A DNA stretch of 56,658 nucleotides from a virus (IMGVR_UViG_3300035565_000019:1-56658), one strand, 5' to 3'; counted from the first letter of the stretch, positions 46,277-55,234 are shown. Notes: generated from the sequence alone by a model not told the origin. Program-made: numbers and translations.

Positions 46277-46302
46277 AAAGGACTCAGTAATGGGTCCTTT
46301 TT
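46277..46302 (+). terminator. Rho-independent terminator
   Basis: AAAGGACTCA-GTAA-TGGGTCCTTTTT. Confidence 0.7.
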
Positions 46303-46323
46303 AATTTACTCAAGGAGAATATC

Positions 46324-46539
46324 ATGGAAGAAAACAATGGAGCAACAAAGTATCCCAACATCAAAGTAGTTTTGGTTGGGGAAGATGGAAATGCATTCTC
46401 GATAATGGGGCGAGTAAAGAAAGCACTCTCTCGCAATGGAGTATCAGCAGAAGAGCAGAAACAATTCATGGACGAATGCATGAGCGGGGATTATGATAAT
46501 CTTCTTGTGACATGCATGCGTTGGGTTGACTGCGAATAA
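46324..46539 (+). CDS. Conserved small phage early protein
   Basis: LVGEDGNAFSIMGRV and SGDYDNLL motifs; RBS AAGGAG. Confidence 0.75.
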   Translation: MEENNGATKYPNIKVVLVGEDGNAFSIMGRVKKALSRNGVSAEEQKQFMDECMSGDYDNLLVTCMRWVDCE

Positions 46540-46562
46540 TTTTTTAATCAAAGGAGAATATC

Positions 46563-47141
46563 ATGGAACAAATTAAATGGAAGAAAGATCCTTCACTGCA
46601 TGAGCTGGATTCAGCGTTGAAGGAATTACAGAAGAGAGGAATCTATCCATCAGCAGTTCAAGCATATGCAATGGCATTGGACTCTATCGACATGATGCAT
46701 GAGGATAACGAAGCCTTGAAAGAATGCGAAAAACCTCCTCAAACATTGCAAGAAACCATTTGCGAAATACGAGATGCAGAATTGGAAGATGGGGCGGATG
46801 GGATAATCGATTTTTATTCGGATGTCTACAATGTTTCTTTGCTCTTTCTTGCTGCGACATCAGAAGATGAGTTGGTAAGAAAAATGCAGCTTGATATTCT
46901 TACATGCGTCCAACAAAATATCATTCCATCAACCGTCAAATCATTTTCTGAATTGCATGACTATGTGGATGCAAACTGCTTGGGCGGTCTTTGCGATGAT
47001 GTAATGGCGGAGATAATGATACAATGTTATGGCGGACGAGACGAGCATGAAGGAATGCCGCAAGGAATGTTGGATACTATCAACAATGCACAAAATGCGA
47101 TTGATGAATGGATAAAGAAAGGGGGTATAAAAAATGCTTGA
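46563..47141 (+). CDS. Acidic early protein
   Basis: RBS AAGGAG; SFSELHDYVDANCLGG motif. Confidence 0.65.
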   Translation: MEQIKWKKDPSLHELDSALKELQKRGIYPSAVQAYAMALDSIDMMHEDNEALKECEKPPQTLQETICEIRDAELEDGADGIIDFYSDVYNVSLLFLAATSEDELVRKMQLDILTCVQQNIIPSTVKSFSELHDYVDANCLGGLCDDVMAEIMIQCYGGRDEHEGMPQGMLDTINNAQNAIDEWIKKGGIKNA

Positions 47142-47220
47142 GATAATTACTATAATCATTGTTTGTTGTTGGATTTATTTAATCAGCACTTCTTGACTGA
47201 ATAATCTAATGGAAGTATTG

Positions 47221-47250
47221 AAGGGCCAGAGTAAAATCTGGCCCTTTTTT
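47221..47250 (+). terminator. Rho-independent terminator
   Basis: AAGGGCCAGA-GTAAAA-TCTGGCCC followed by T6. Confidence 0.8.
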
Positions 47251-47394
47251 CATTTACGGAGAAAATCGGGCTTTTGAGACGTCCATCCGAGCGTCCTGAT
47301 AGTAGCACCAGGGCAGAGCAGTTCGGATGCGTTCTAGGGTGCTTTTGGTGCGTTCTAGGATACATTCAGGTCTCGACAGTAAGTGCATATCAGG

Positions 47395-47817
47395 CTATTC
47401 GGAGGATTTGGCAAGTGGTATTCCTTTATATGTCTTCAATCCTTCCTCGATCAATTTGACAATCAAATTGGAACGATTTATACGTTCTTCTTTTTGAAGT
47501 TTTTCCTTTGCTCTTTCAGCCAATTCTTTTTCTTTATCTGCCAACTTTATTTGCTCTTGTTCCAGCTGAAATTTGAGTCGAAGATTTTGCAAATATTCGT
47601 TGACTTTATTTTGCCCTTGTTTTTGTGCGATCTCCAATGCCTTATGTTTTTCGATGTCGGTCAACTTATAAATTGCTTTCTTCGGCCGGCCAAGTTGCTT
47701 TGTGCTTTGCTCTTTGCCTTTCGATTTATTGTTTAGTGCATGAAGTTTTAAATCGATTACCAATGCATCAATCGACTCTAAAAGTTGATGAGGAACGATC
47801 ACGGATACTGTTGCCAT
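47395..47817 (-). CDS. Split ribbon-helix-helix-like regulator
   Basis: MATVSVIVPHQLLESIDAL ... INRSNLIVKLIEEGL; RBS AAGGAG. Confidence 0.6.
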   Translation of the reverse strand: MATVSVIVPHQLLESIDALVIDLKLHALNNKSKGKEQSTKQLGRPKKAIYKLTDIEKHKALEIAQKQGQNKVNEYLQNLRLKFQLEQEQIKLADKEKELAERAKEKLQKEERINRSNLIVKLIEEGLKTYKGIPLAKSSE

Positions 47818-47848
47818 AATTAAACTCCTTTGTAATATTAACAGCAGC

Positions 47849-47883
47849 ATTATATTCTCCATCTTTTAAAGTGTAACCTAGAG
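47849..47883 (-). promoter_or_regulatory. Class A promoter CTCTAGGTTACA-N17-TATAAT
   Basis: Perfect -10 with the conserved upstream box. Confidence 0.7.
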
Positions 47884-47910
47884 TGACCTGGCTGAAAAAG
47901 GATTCGAGTT

Positions 47911-48265
47911 TACTACACATCTACACGTCAACTACAGCGAAAACTACACATGAAAAACGTGACGGAATGCATGCAGCTGTAAGCTCCCAATGTCATTCAG
48001 CTACAGTTAAAAAAAAGCTGTCATAACTATTATAATAAATGAATAATTAAACTACTATTAATAATAATATTCTTTTCTTTATATATTCTTTAAACTTTAT
48101 AAAATAAATAAATATACTGTAGAAGTGTAGTAAAAATTACGGAAGGCTTGATTTCATTATCCCGCATCAACTACACTTGACTCGCCACAACTGTAGTTGA
48201 TGTGTAGTAGATTTTCCTCCACAGCGGCGGAAGGCATGCGGTTATTGCTTTGCATCAACTACACT
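47911..48265. other. Candidate replication origin: CTACA(C/G) iteron-like repeats around an AT-rich core
   Basis: 11 copies of CTACAS or its reverse complement, a 14-bp direct repeat GCATCAACTACACT, AT-rich 48007-48116. Confidence 0.6.
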
Positions 48266-48300
48266 AGAATGATAAATTGATCGAAGAAAAAAGTGCTTAG

Positions 48301-48335
48301 CTCTGGGTTACAAATTAACTAATTTGACGTATTGT
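48301..48335 (+). promoter_or_regulatory. Class A promoter CTCTGGGTTACA-N17-TATTGT upstream of terS
   Basis: One mismatch to the class A box, same spacing. Confidence 0.6.
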
Positions 48336-48361
48336 CGCATACACGAATCCAATAAACCTCC

Positions 48362-48874
48362 ATGAAAAAGGAACCAGAAAACATGGCCAAGTCATCCGTA
48401 CCACATAGCAAACTGCAAAACGCATCCAAGCCTAGTGCCAAGCGCAAGGAAGCAGTGAGATTTAATGGGAAGAATGTTTCGAAGGAAGAATTAAAAGCAA
48501 TGGTTGAAAAACTTCCCGCTGACCAACGCGGAGTGACCAAGGGCAAACGACTTCCAGCAAGTCGCAAAGGCATCAAGAATAAAGTTGCAGCGGAAGATAA
48601 ACCCAAGGGCAAACCTCGTGGAGCTTCGCGACTTGGTAAACCTAACACCATCACAAAACAATTGAAGGAAATGATTCTCGGTGCGTTAGACGATCGAGGT
48701 GGGCAACAATATCTCGCCACTCAAGCTATCCTTAATCCAGCACCATTCATGGCATTGCTCGGCAAGATACTTCCGACACAAGTCACAGGCGATGCAGAGA
48801 ATCCATTGCAAGTGCAATTAGTTTCTACTGCTGAAGCTTTGCTCGCGAAGATTCGTGGCGGAGGAGCTGCATGA
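48362..48874 (+). CDS. terS: Terminase small subunit
   Basis: GKPNTITKQLKEMILGALD..GGQQYL, FMALLGKILPTQVTG motifs. Confidence 0.8.
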   Translation: MKKEPENMAKSSVPHSKLQNASKPSAKRKEAVRFNGKNVSKEELKAMVEKLPADQRGVTKGKRLPASRKGIKNKVAAEDKPKGKPRGASRLGKPNTITKQLKEMILGALDDRGGQQYLATQAILNPAPFMALLGKILPTQVTGDAENPLQVQLVSTAEALLAKIRGGGAA

Positions 48875-49032
48875 CTCTCCCCATCATTCACACTCAGTGC
48901 ACTCAGTGCGGGTTCTCTCCACTGCATTGGAAGTCTGTAAGTTATGGAGCGAGAGTAGTTGTCACATACATCTGTGCACTCTGCAAACATAAGTTTGACA
49001 CTGAACATTGTGTTAGAGATTCGCTGGGGTAG
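48871..49032 (+). CDS. 53 aa zinc-ribbon protein
   Basis: Read manually: CTQC...CALC; RBS GGAGG; ATGA overlap with terS. Confidence 0.55.
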   Translation: MTLPIIHTQCTQCGFSPLHWKSVSYGARVVVTYICALCKHKFDTEHCVRDSLG

Positions 49033-49187
49033 GATCCAAGGTACCATGCCCGCAGTTCCTGGGAGAACGGCATCGGAATTTTTTTAAGGGGGTGTAGTAG
49101 TTTTCAAATGGGTTTGCCTCAGGTAGTAGCTTCTAGTTCTAGATTTTTATATTTTCGGTAACGGCTTTCCGGCGGCGCGCCGGGTTT

Positions 49188-49658
49188 TTGGAGATTCCTA
49201 GAGTGATAACGAATATCAAAGTATATATTGCAGCGCCAAGTGAAATGCGCTATAACACTGCCGGAGATTGGCAGCTTATGCCAACTCCATGTCGCCCACT
49301 AGGTGAACAGGCATTGCTCATAACAGTAGCAAAACAAGAAGACAGCCGCGCTCATATGCTCGTCGCCATACATGAACTCGTCGAATCCCTTCTGTGCATA
49401 CAACGAGGCATTACGACCGAAATGGTAGACCACTTCGACATGAACGTGGCCAAAACCGAAGACCCAGGCACCGAGCCCAACTGCCCTTACCAGAAAGAAC
49501 ATGCATTCGCGTCTGCCATCGAACGATTGATCGCCCATGAGATGGGCATCAACTTCGAGAAGTATGATAAGACTATTTCTGAACAACAATATGGAACGCC
49601 GATAGGCCAGATTCCAACACACTTACTTGTCAAGGAGGTAATAAATGCGCCAGCCTAA
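49188..49658 (+). CDS. Hypothetical protein with a HExxE motif
   Basis: RYNTAGDW, VAIHELVE and PYQKEH motifs; start uncertain. Confidence 0.6.
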   Translation: MEIPRVITNIKVYIAAPSEMRYNTAGDWQLMPTPCRPLGEQALLITVAKQEDSRAHMLVAIHELVESLLCIQRGITTEMVDHFDMNVAKTEDPGTEPNCPYQKEHAFASAIERLIAHEMGINFEKYDKTISEQQYGTPIGQIPTHLLVKEVINAPA

Positions 49659-49860
49659 AGGAGTGGTAGAGTACGGTAAGGAAGGGTGCTGCCCTGACGA
49701 GTGGAATCATGTGCCGAACATGACGGGCTCATTCGAGTTGGATGGCGCCATCATGAAGTGCAAGAATGGCGATGCACAGCGTAAGCTGTGCGACTGCATT
49801 GCCAGCGGAGGCAGCGCCTATAAGATCGGTAATGGCTACGCACAGTCGGCGATTGACTGA
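49645..49860 (+). CDS. Small Cys-containing hypothetical protein
   Basis: RBS AGGAGG. Confidence 0.5.
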   Translation: MRQPKGVVEYGKEGCCPDEWNHVPNMTGSFELDGAIMKCKNGDAQRKLCDCIASGGSAYKIGNGYAQSAID

Positions 49861-50076
49861 TGTTGCACCTTAGTTCCCAAGGCAGAGAGCAAGTCTTGCG
49901 CAGTTATGTTGAAGCGTGTCGGCGCCCAAATCTTTTGTATAGAATATTCGTCCAAATGAGAGGAGTCCTGTCATGTCATTGAACGGCCGGCTACCATTGC
50001 TGAAGTTAAAGGAGAAGCGCTCCGCTACCAAGAAGTTCTGGGAGTGGGTCAACCGTATGACGAAGAGAGGACATAA

Positions 50077-50520
50077 GTGAAATACTGCAGAAAATGCATG
50101 GCTATTTTTGAGGGCGTTTATTGTAAGCCTTGTCATGTTATTGCGTCTAACAAATGCCGCCAAGCAAAGTTAGAAGAATATAAGGCATACCAATCAAGTT
50201 ATGCGCGCCTTAATAAAGAAAAAGTAAATGCCAAAACTCGTAAATGGAAAAAAGCAAACCCTGCAAATAGAGCGCATCATCAAGCTAAACATCGCGCAGC
50301 AGTATTTAGTGCGACGCCTTGCTGGGCTAACTTAGTAGAAATTAAACTTATGTATTTAATTGCGCAGCGAGTAAGCAAAGAAACGGGTATTCCGCATCAT
50401 GTCGACCACATTGTGCCTTTAAAAGGGCACTTAGTTTGCGGGCTACATGTTGAAAATAATCTGCAGTTATTAGTTGGCAAAGCTAACATGTCAAAAGGTA
50501 ATCGTTATGCGCCATCTTGA
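50077..50520 (+). CDS. Free-standing HNH endonuclease
   Basis: HVDHIVPL..VCGLHVENNLQ...N..KGN motif. Confidence 0.85.
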   Translation: MKYCRKCMAIFEGVYCKPCHVIASNKCRQAKLEEYKAYQSSYARLNKEKVNAKTRKWKKANPANRAHHQAKHRAAVFSATPCWANLVEIKLMYLIAQRVSKETGIPHHVDHIVPLKGHLVCGLHVENNLQLLVGKANMSKGNRYAPS

Positions 50521-52084
50521 TATGACTATGAATGAAGCAATAGAATTTTGGGATACTATTGACGATGGTGGCAAAGATTTAGGGGGAATACGCGCCTTGT
50601 GCCTGACCGACAGGTTCTACCTGCTCGTCAAGGTGTGCAACCGTATCGACATGCTCCATCCATGGATTTATGCGCGTTGCCGCGAAGTGGAGAAGGCGCC
50701 AGGCGGGTTCATAGACCTGTGGGCGCGGGAGCATTACAAGTCGACCATCATCACGTTCGGCGGGTCGATACAGAGGATCCTGCAGAACCCGGAAATAACC
50801 ATCGGCCTGTTCAGCCACGTGAATTCGATAGCGGCCGACTTCCTGCGGCAAATCAAGGTAGAGCTCGAGACCAACCAGACGCTCAAGACAGTCTTCTCCG
50901 ACATATTATGGCAAGACCCTCAGCGCCAGGCGCAACGCTGGTCAGTCGATGGCGGCCTGGTCGTTAAGCGTAAGACAAACCCGAAAGAAGCGACGATGGA
51001 AGCGTCAGGCCTGGTCGACGGCATGCCGACAGGCAAGCACTTCCGGCTGCGCATATATGATGACGTCGTAACGGACAAATCCGTCTACACCCCTGAACAG
51101 ATCACGAAGACGACAGACGCCTACTCCCTTTCGCAATCCCTTGGTATCGAGGGCGGCGATGAATGGATGATAGGCACGCGGTACTCATATGCCGATACAT
51201 ACGAATGGATATTGAAGCGCGGGGCACTGAAGGCCAGGATCTATGCGGCCACGAACACAGGTCTACGCGATGGCAAGCCTATCCTCTTCTCGCAGGAAGA
51301 GTGGAATAAGCGCTTGCTAAAGAACACCGACAACGATATCGCATGTCAATACCTCCAAAACCCTTTGAGTGGACAGCAACGGATGTTTGATGTCGGTGAC
51401 TTACAAACATATGAAGTGCGGCCTGAGACGCTGGCTATCTATATCATGTGCGACCCGGCCAGGTCGAAGAAGAAAGAATCTGCCAATACCGCGATGGTCG
51501 TTGTTGGCGTCGACTACGCCATGAACAAATATCTCGTGGACGGCATCAACCATAAGATGGACCTCAAGGAAAGATGGGAAAATTTCGCGATGCTTTACAT
51601 GCGATGGAAGCAGATGCCTGGCGTGCAGATCGTGAAGATGGGCTATGAGTCATTCGGTGCGCAGGCCGATATGGATTACTTCAAAGAACAAATGATGATG
51701 CCTGGCCGTCCCTCTTTCGAGATAACTGAGTTACAATGGCCACGTGATGGCGACGGAAGCAAGATCGATCGCGTGCAACGGCTGGTACCGGATATGAAGT
51801 CCCACAAGATATTCCTACCATATCCATCCGATGATAACAGGCTGACGTCTAACCAGCGCAGCATGGCGGCAAGCGGGTATGACTACCGCATCAGCAGGCC
51901 GATCAAGCGCGTCGACGAGAACGGAAACATGTATGACCTGTCCGAACAGTTGAAGATGCAGTTCCATTACTTCCCGTTCGGCGGGCTGAAAGATATCATC
52001 GATGCGCTGGCGCGCATATATGATATGGAGCCTAAGGCTCCAAATTACAGGGAGCCCCGCTATGCGGAGCCCGAATACACATGA
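50507..52084 (+). CDS. terL: Terminase large subunit
   Basis: WAREHYKST (Walker A variant), TGKHF..IYDD, IGTRY, QYLQNP, CDPA and DIIDALA motifs. Confidence 0.9.
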   Translation: MRHLDMTMNEAIEFWDTIDDGGKDLGGIRALCLTDRFYLLVKVCNRIDMLHPWIYARCREVEKAPGGFIDLWAREHYKSTIITFGGSIQRILQNPEITIGLFSHVNSIAADFLRQIKVELETNQTLKTVFSDILWQDPQRQAQRWSVDGGLVVKRKTNPKEATMEASGLVDGMPTGKHFRLRIYDDVVTDKSVYTPEQITKTTDAYSLSQSLGIEGGDEWMIGTRYSYADTYEWILKRGALKARIYAATNTGLRDGKPILFSQEEWNKRLLKNTDNDIACQYLQNPLSGQQRMFDVGDLQTYEVRPETLAIYIMCDPARSKKKESANTAMVVVGVDYAMNKYLVDGINHKMDLKERWENFAMLYMRWKQMPGVQIVKMGYESFGAQADMDYFKEQMMMPGRPSFEITELQWPRDGDGSKIDRVQRLVPDMKSHKIFLPYPSDDNRLTSNQRSMAASGYDYRISRPIKRVDENGNMYDLSEQLKMQFHYFPFGGLKDIIDALARIYDMEPKAPNYREPRYAEPEYT

Positions 52085-52581
52085 CTCTTAAATTTTTTAT
52101 TGGAAAAATTTGTAAAAAGCACCCTGAACTGCAGGGCAGGCGGTATGTTAACCGCAAAATTTGCCCTGCTTGTAGCAAAGAGCAAGCTAAAGCTTTTGCA
52201 ACTGCTAACCCAGAAAAAATTAACGTAAAACGGCCTGCTTGGAATGCTGCAAATCGAGAAAAAGTAAATGCTTATAGCCGCACAAAGAGTAAAGAGCAAG
52301 TTAAAAATACGCGCTTAAAAAATGGATACGGCATTACCTTAGCAGATTATAATAAAATGTTTGAAATACAGGGCGGCTGTTGTATGATATGCAAAAGGCA
52401 CCAAAGCGTTTTAAAGCGGCCTTTAGCTGTCGATCATTGTCATGTAACAAATAAAATAAGGGGGCTTCTTTGCGCTAACTGTAACCCTATGTTAGGCTTT
52501 GCAAAAGACAGCGTTGAAACTTTACAAGCAGCAATTAAGTATTTAGGAGACTCAAATGGCAGGAGCATTAAACCAAAATAA
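52081..52581 (+). CDS. Free-standing endonuclease VII-type homing endonuclease
   Basis: CMIC, VDHCH and RGLLCANCN motifs; AT-rich. Confidence 0.85.
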   Translation: MTLKFFIGKICKKHPELQGRRYVNRKICPACSKEQAKAFATANPEKINVKRPAWNAANREKVNAYSRTKSKEQVKNTRLKNGYGITLADYNKMFEIQGGCCMICKRHQSVLKRPLAVDHCHVTNKIRGLLCANCNPMLGFAKDSVETLQAAIKYLGDSNGRSIKPK

Positions 52582-52753
52582 TTTGGGCGCAAAAGTAGCA
52601 ACGCGCACTATTTTATGGAACGACCTGGTCATGCGTGCATGGGGTTCAGAGTTCCGCGCGCCTGACCATAACATCTACCAGTTCAGTAACAACCGCAACT
52701 TTGATTCTACTGATACAGGTCAGACCGGCATTTATGCGCCTAACCATCCTTAA
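52556..52753 (+). CDS. Hypothetical protein
   Basis: RBS AGGAG. Confidence 0.55.
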   Translation: MAGALNQNNLGAKVATRTILWNDLVMRAWGSEFRAPDHNIYQFSNNRNFDSTDTGQTGIYAPNHP

Positions 52754-52764
52754 GGAGAAATACA

Positions 52765-53214
52765 ATGATCGATGCATTAAAAGTTTACGCAGACAATTTT
52801 GGCACGTCACACGCAGCGGCAGTGGCGGCAGTGCATGACGCCGTCATGGCAGACATGAAAAGCCTGGTCGACTCGGAAGTTGCCAAGCAGACAGGCGTAG
52901 ACGTAGGCGCATTGACTGCCAAGGCCGACGCGCTAACGGCTGCGAATGCCGACTTGACGAATTCCAAATTTGCCATGCAAGCAACGATCGACAGCCAGGC
53001 TGCGCAACTTGCAACGCTGACAACAGTTGCGGCAGACAACGCTGCGCTCAAGGCTGATGTTGTCGATCGCGAGGCGACTATTGCCCAATTGCAGAATGAG
53101 TTGGCGGATATGGTGAACGAATTGAATTCGATCAAGCCTGCGCTCGAAGCTGCTATTCAAGCTGCAATGACTCCAGCTAGTGCTATAGGCGCAACACCAA
53201 CGCCGGCTGCATAA
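52765..53214 (+). CDS. Ala-rich coiled-coil protein
   Basis: RBS AAGGAG; heptad pattern. Confidence 0.6.
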   Translation: MIDALKVYADNFGTSHAAAVAAVHDAVMADMKSLVDSEVAKQTGVDVGALTAKADALTAANADLTNSKFAMQATIDSQAAQLATLTTVAADNAALKADVVDREATIAQLQNELADMVNELNSIKPALEAAIQAAMTPASAIGATPTPAA

Positions 53215-53585
53215 TGGAACAAGCCGATATTCAGACAGTTGAAGTTACTTCTCAAGGTGCGCTTGACCCTGAGTGGTTAGCGATGGAAGTCGTGTGCAAG
53301 AAGGCTGCACTACTTCTCACACGGCTCTATCCTAACCACTTGTGGATGATCGGCTCTGCACCTGGAGCTGTGTTGGTAATCAAGTATGGTGGCGCAGATT
53401 CACGGTTCGGATTTACGGTCGACGTTGCTGACGCACATAGTAGCTCAGAGCTGGAGCATGCGATTGCAATGGCTGGCGGCGAACTGTTAGAAAGACTTGG
53501 CCTTCCCCGTGGCGCATGGGACGGCGAACAGATCGGCCTGAAATATGAAGGCCAGGATGCTTTGACTAAACCAACAGGAGGTTGA
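53214..53585 (+). CDS. Hypothetical protein
   Basis: YPNHLW and AGGELLERLGLPRG motifs; TAATG coupling. Confidence 0.6.
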   Translation: MEQADIQTVEVTSQGALDPEWLAMEVVCKKAALLLTRLYPNHLWMIGSAPGAVLVIKYGGADSRFGFTVDVADAHSSSELEHAIAMAGGELLERLGLPRGAWDGEQIGLKYEGQDALTKPTGG

Positions 53586-53586
53586 T

Positions 53587-53796
53587 ATGTTTCCGATAGC
53601 AGGAGCAGTAGATGCAGGACAGCTAGGAAGTCCTTATAATATAGCTGTTGGCCAGCCGCAAGGACAACCTCAAGTTGCGCCGATTGCCGGTACAACTCCA
53701 AATGTAGGCGGTGCAATAGGAGCTGTTGCGCCACATCCGGCAAGTCATCCTGCGCATCCGCAGCATCAAGCATGGCGCCGTGGACTGATTCGGTAA
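53587..53796 (+). CDS. Pro/Gly/His-rich small protein
   Basis: RBS AGGAGG. Confidence 0.5.
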   Translation: MFPIAGAVDAGQLGSPYNIAVGQPQGQPQVAPIAGTTPNVGGAIGAVAPHPASHPAHPQHQAWRRGLIR

Positions 53797-54336
53797 ATGA
53801 AAGTTACTTGCTTACAATGTAAGATTGAGTTTGAAAAGCCCGCTTGTCACGTTAAGCGAGTTAAAAAAGTATTTTGCTCTAAAAAATGTTATGATGAATA
53901 TCAGACAATTTTTAAAGGTAAAACTTGTGAAATTTGTGGAGATATTTTTAAAATTAAAGGCAATATGTCGCGCTATGTAACATGCGATAAAGAAGATTGT
54001 CGTGCAAAGAAAAAGCAAAAAGAAAATAATGGCATGTGGAATGGCGGTATTTCGTCTGTAAGCCAAAGATTTTATGCGACAGCAAAATATAAAAAATGGC
54101 GGGAAGCAATATTTAAGCGCGACAATTATACTTGTCAGTTTTGCGGTGTACGAGGCGGCATATTAAATGCAGATCATATTCAACCCCAAACATTTTTCCC
54201 AGAGTTAAGATATGACTTAGCTAATGGAAGAACGCTATGCTTAGAATGCCACAAAACAACATATAAATTAGCCTGCTCATACAGAGATAAGCAGAGAGCA
54301 CAAGGAGGCAGCAATGGCAATAGACCAGCGAAATAA
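53797..54336 (+). CDS. Free-standing HNH endonuclease with N-terminal zinc fingers
   Basis: FCSKKC, WREAIFKRDNYTCQFCG, ADHI and NGRTLCLECH motifs. Confidence 0.85.
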   Translation: MKVTCLQCKIEFEKPACHVKRVKKVFCSKKCYDEYQTIFKGKTCEICGDIFKIKGNMSRYVTCDKEDCRAKKKQKENNGMWNGGISSVSQRFYATAKYKKWREAIFKRDNYTCQFCGVRGGILNADHIQPQTFFPELRYDLANGRTLCLECHKTTYKLACSYRDKQRAQGGSNGNRPAK

Positions 54337-54647
54337 TGGCAGTGGTTGGATTGGCGTTGATCTTTGACAACACTCTGGCCAATGGCGAATCCTGGAAAGG
54401 ACATGAGCATGTTGGGGATCCCATACCTGCCATGGTACGACGAGTCAAGGCTTGGTTATCAAGCGGCAAGGATGTTCGTATATTCACGGCCAGGAGCAGC
54501 AAGAGTTATCCAACCATTCGTCGTTGGTGCTTTAAACACCTCGGCAAGACGCTGAAGATCACGAATACGAAAGACAAGTACATGACCGCGCTTTATGACG
54601 ATCGTGCAGTGCAGGTAGTACCTAATACAGGAGAGCTTGTAAAATGA
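54314..54647 (+). CDS. HAD-family phosphatase requiring a +1 frameshift (or a pseudogene)
   Basis: AGGAGG then MAIDQRNNGSGWIGVDL-stop; the +1 frame continues DNTLA...IFTAR...LYDDRA. Confidence 0.65.
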
Positions 54648-54862
54648 GCGAAATCAGTGCGTCAGCAAAGATACTGCGCAAGGTAATGCGCCAGGCAGAT
54701 GAAGCTTCTGGCAGCGATGCAGCGACCGTCATCAAGCGAGCCTACGGCGTGGCGCCTTCGCAAGAAGTAAAGGAGTCTCTCTCTAAAGGCGTAGATGCCG
54801 GCGAGATAGGCAAGTCGTGGGTAGAGCGGTTTACCAAGCCAAAACCTGAGGCGCCAAAATGA
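54644..54862 (+). CDS. Small hypothetical protein (KGVDAG motif, copy 1)
   Basis: ATGA coupling; shares its C-terminal motif with the next gene. Confidence 0.6.
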   Translation: MSEISASAKILRKVMRQADEASGSDAATVIKRAYGVAPSQEVKESLSKGVDAGEIGKSWVERFTKPKPEAPK

Positions 54863-55056
54863 GCGATGAATCTAGCGTTCCAGAGCGCCAGACATTGAAG
54901 GACAAATTCCTTGATGTCGTAGTTCCTGGCCGTAAATCGGCACGGGAGCTAAAACAGAAATCTCCTAAAGCAGTTGATGAAGAGACTGGGCAATTGGATA
55001 AGGGCGTTGATGCCGGACAATTGGGGACTTCTTGGGATGACACCTTTAAAAAGTGA
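54859..55056 (+). CDS. Small hypothetical protein (KGVDAG motif, copy 2)
   Basis: ATGA coupling. Confidence 0.6.
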   Translation: MSDESSVPERQTLKDKFLDVVVPGRKSARELKQKSPKAVDEETGQLDKGVDAGQLGTSWDDTFKK

Positions 55057-55234
55057 GCTGCGCGGGCTCTTTACTGCAAAGTCATGCTTTAGCGGCGATA
55101 AGCGTTGGGTAGCAATTTACTATGACGAATCTGAAACGCCTGGCATAAAGAATGTCTTTTACGGCTATGGAACATCAGAGCAAGACGCTAAAGTCAACGC
55201 ATTCAGGAAGGTAAAAGAATACTATGCAGCCTGA
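55037..55234 (+). CDS. Small hypothetical protein
   Basis: GYGTSEQDAKVNA motif; fills the gap before the portal; start uncertain. Confidence 0.45.
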   Translation: MTPLKSELRGLFTAKSCFSGDKRWVAIYYDESETPGIKNVFYGYGTSEQDAKVNAFRKVKEYYAA

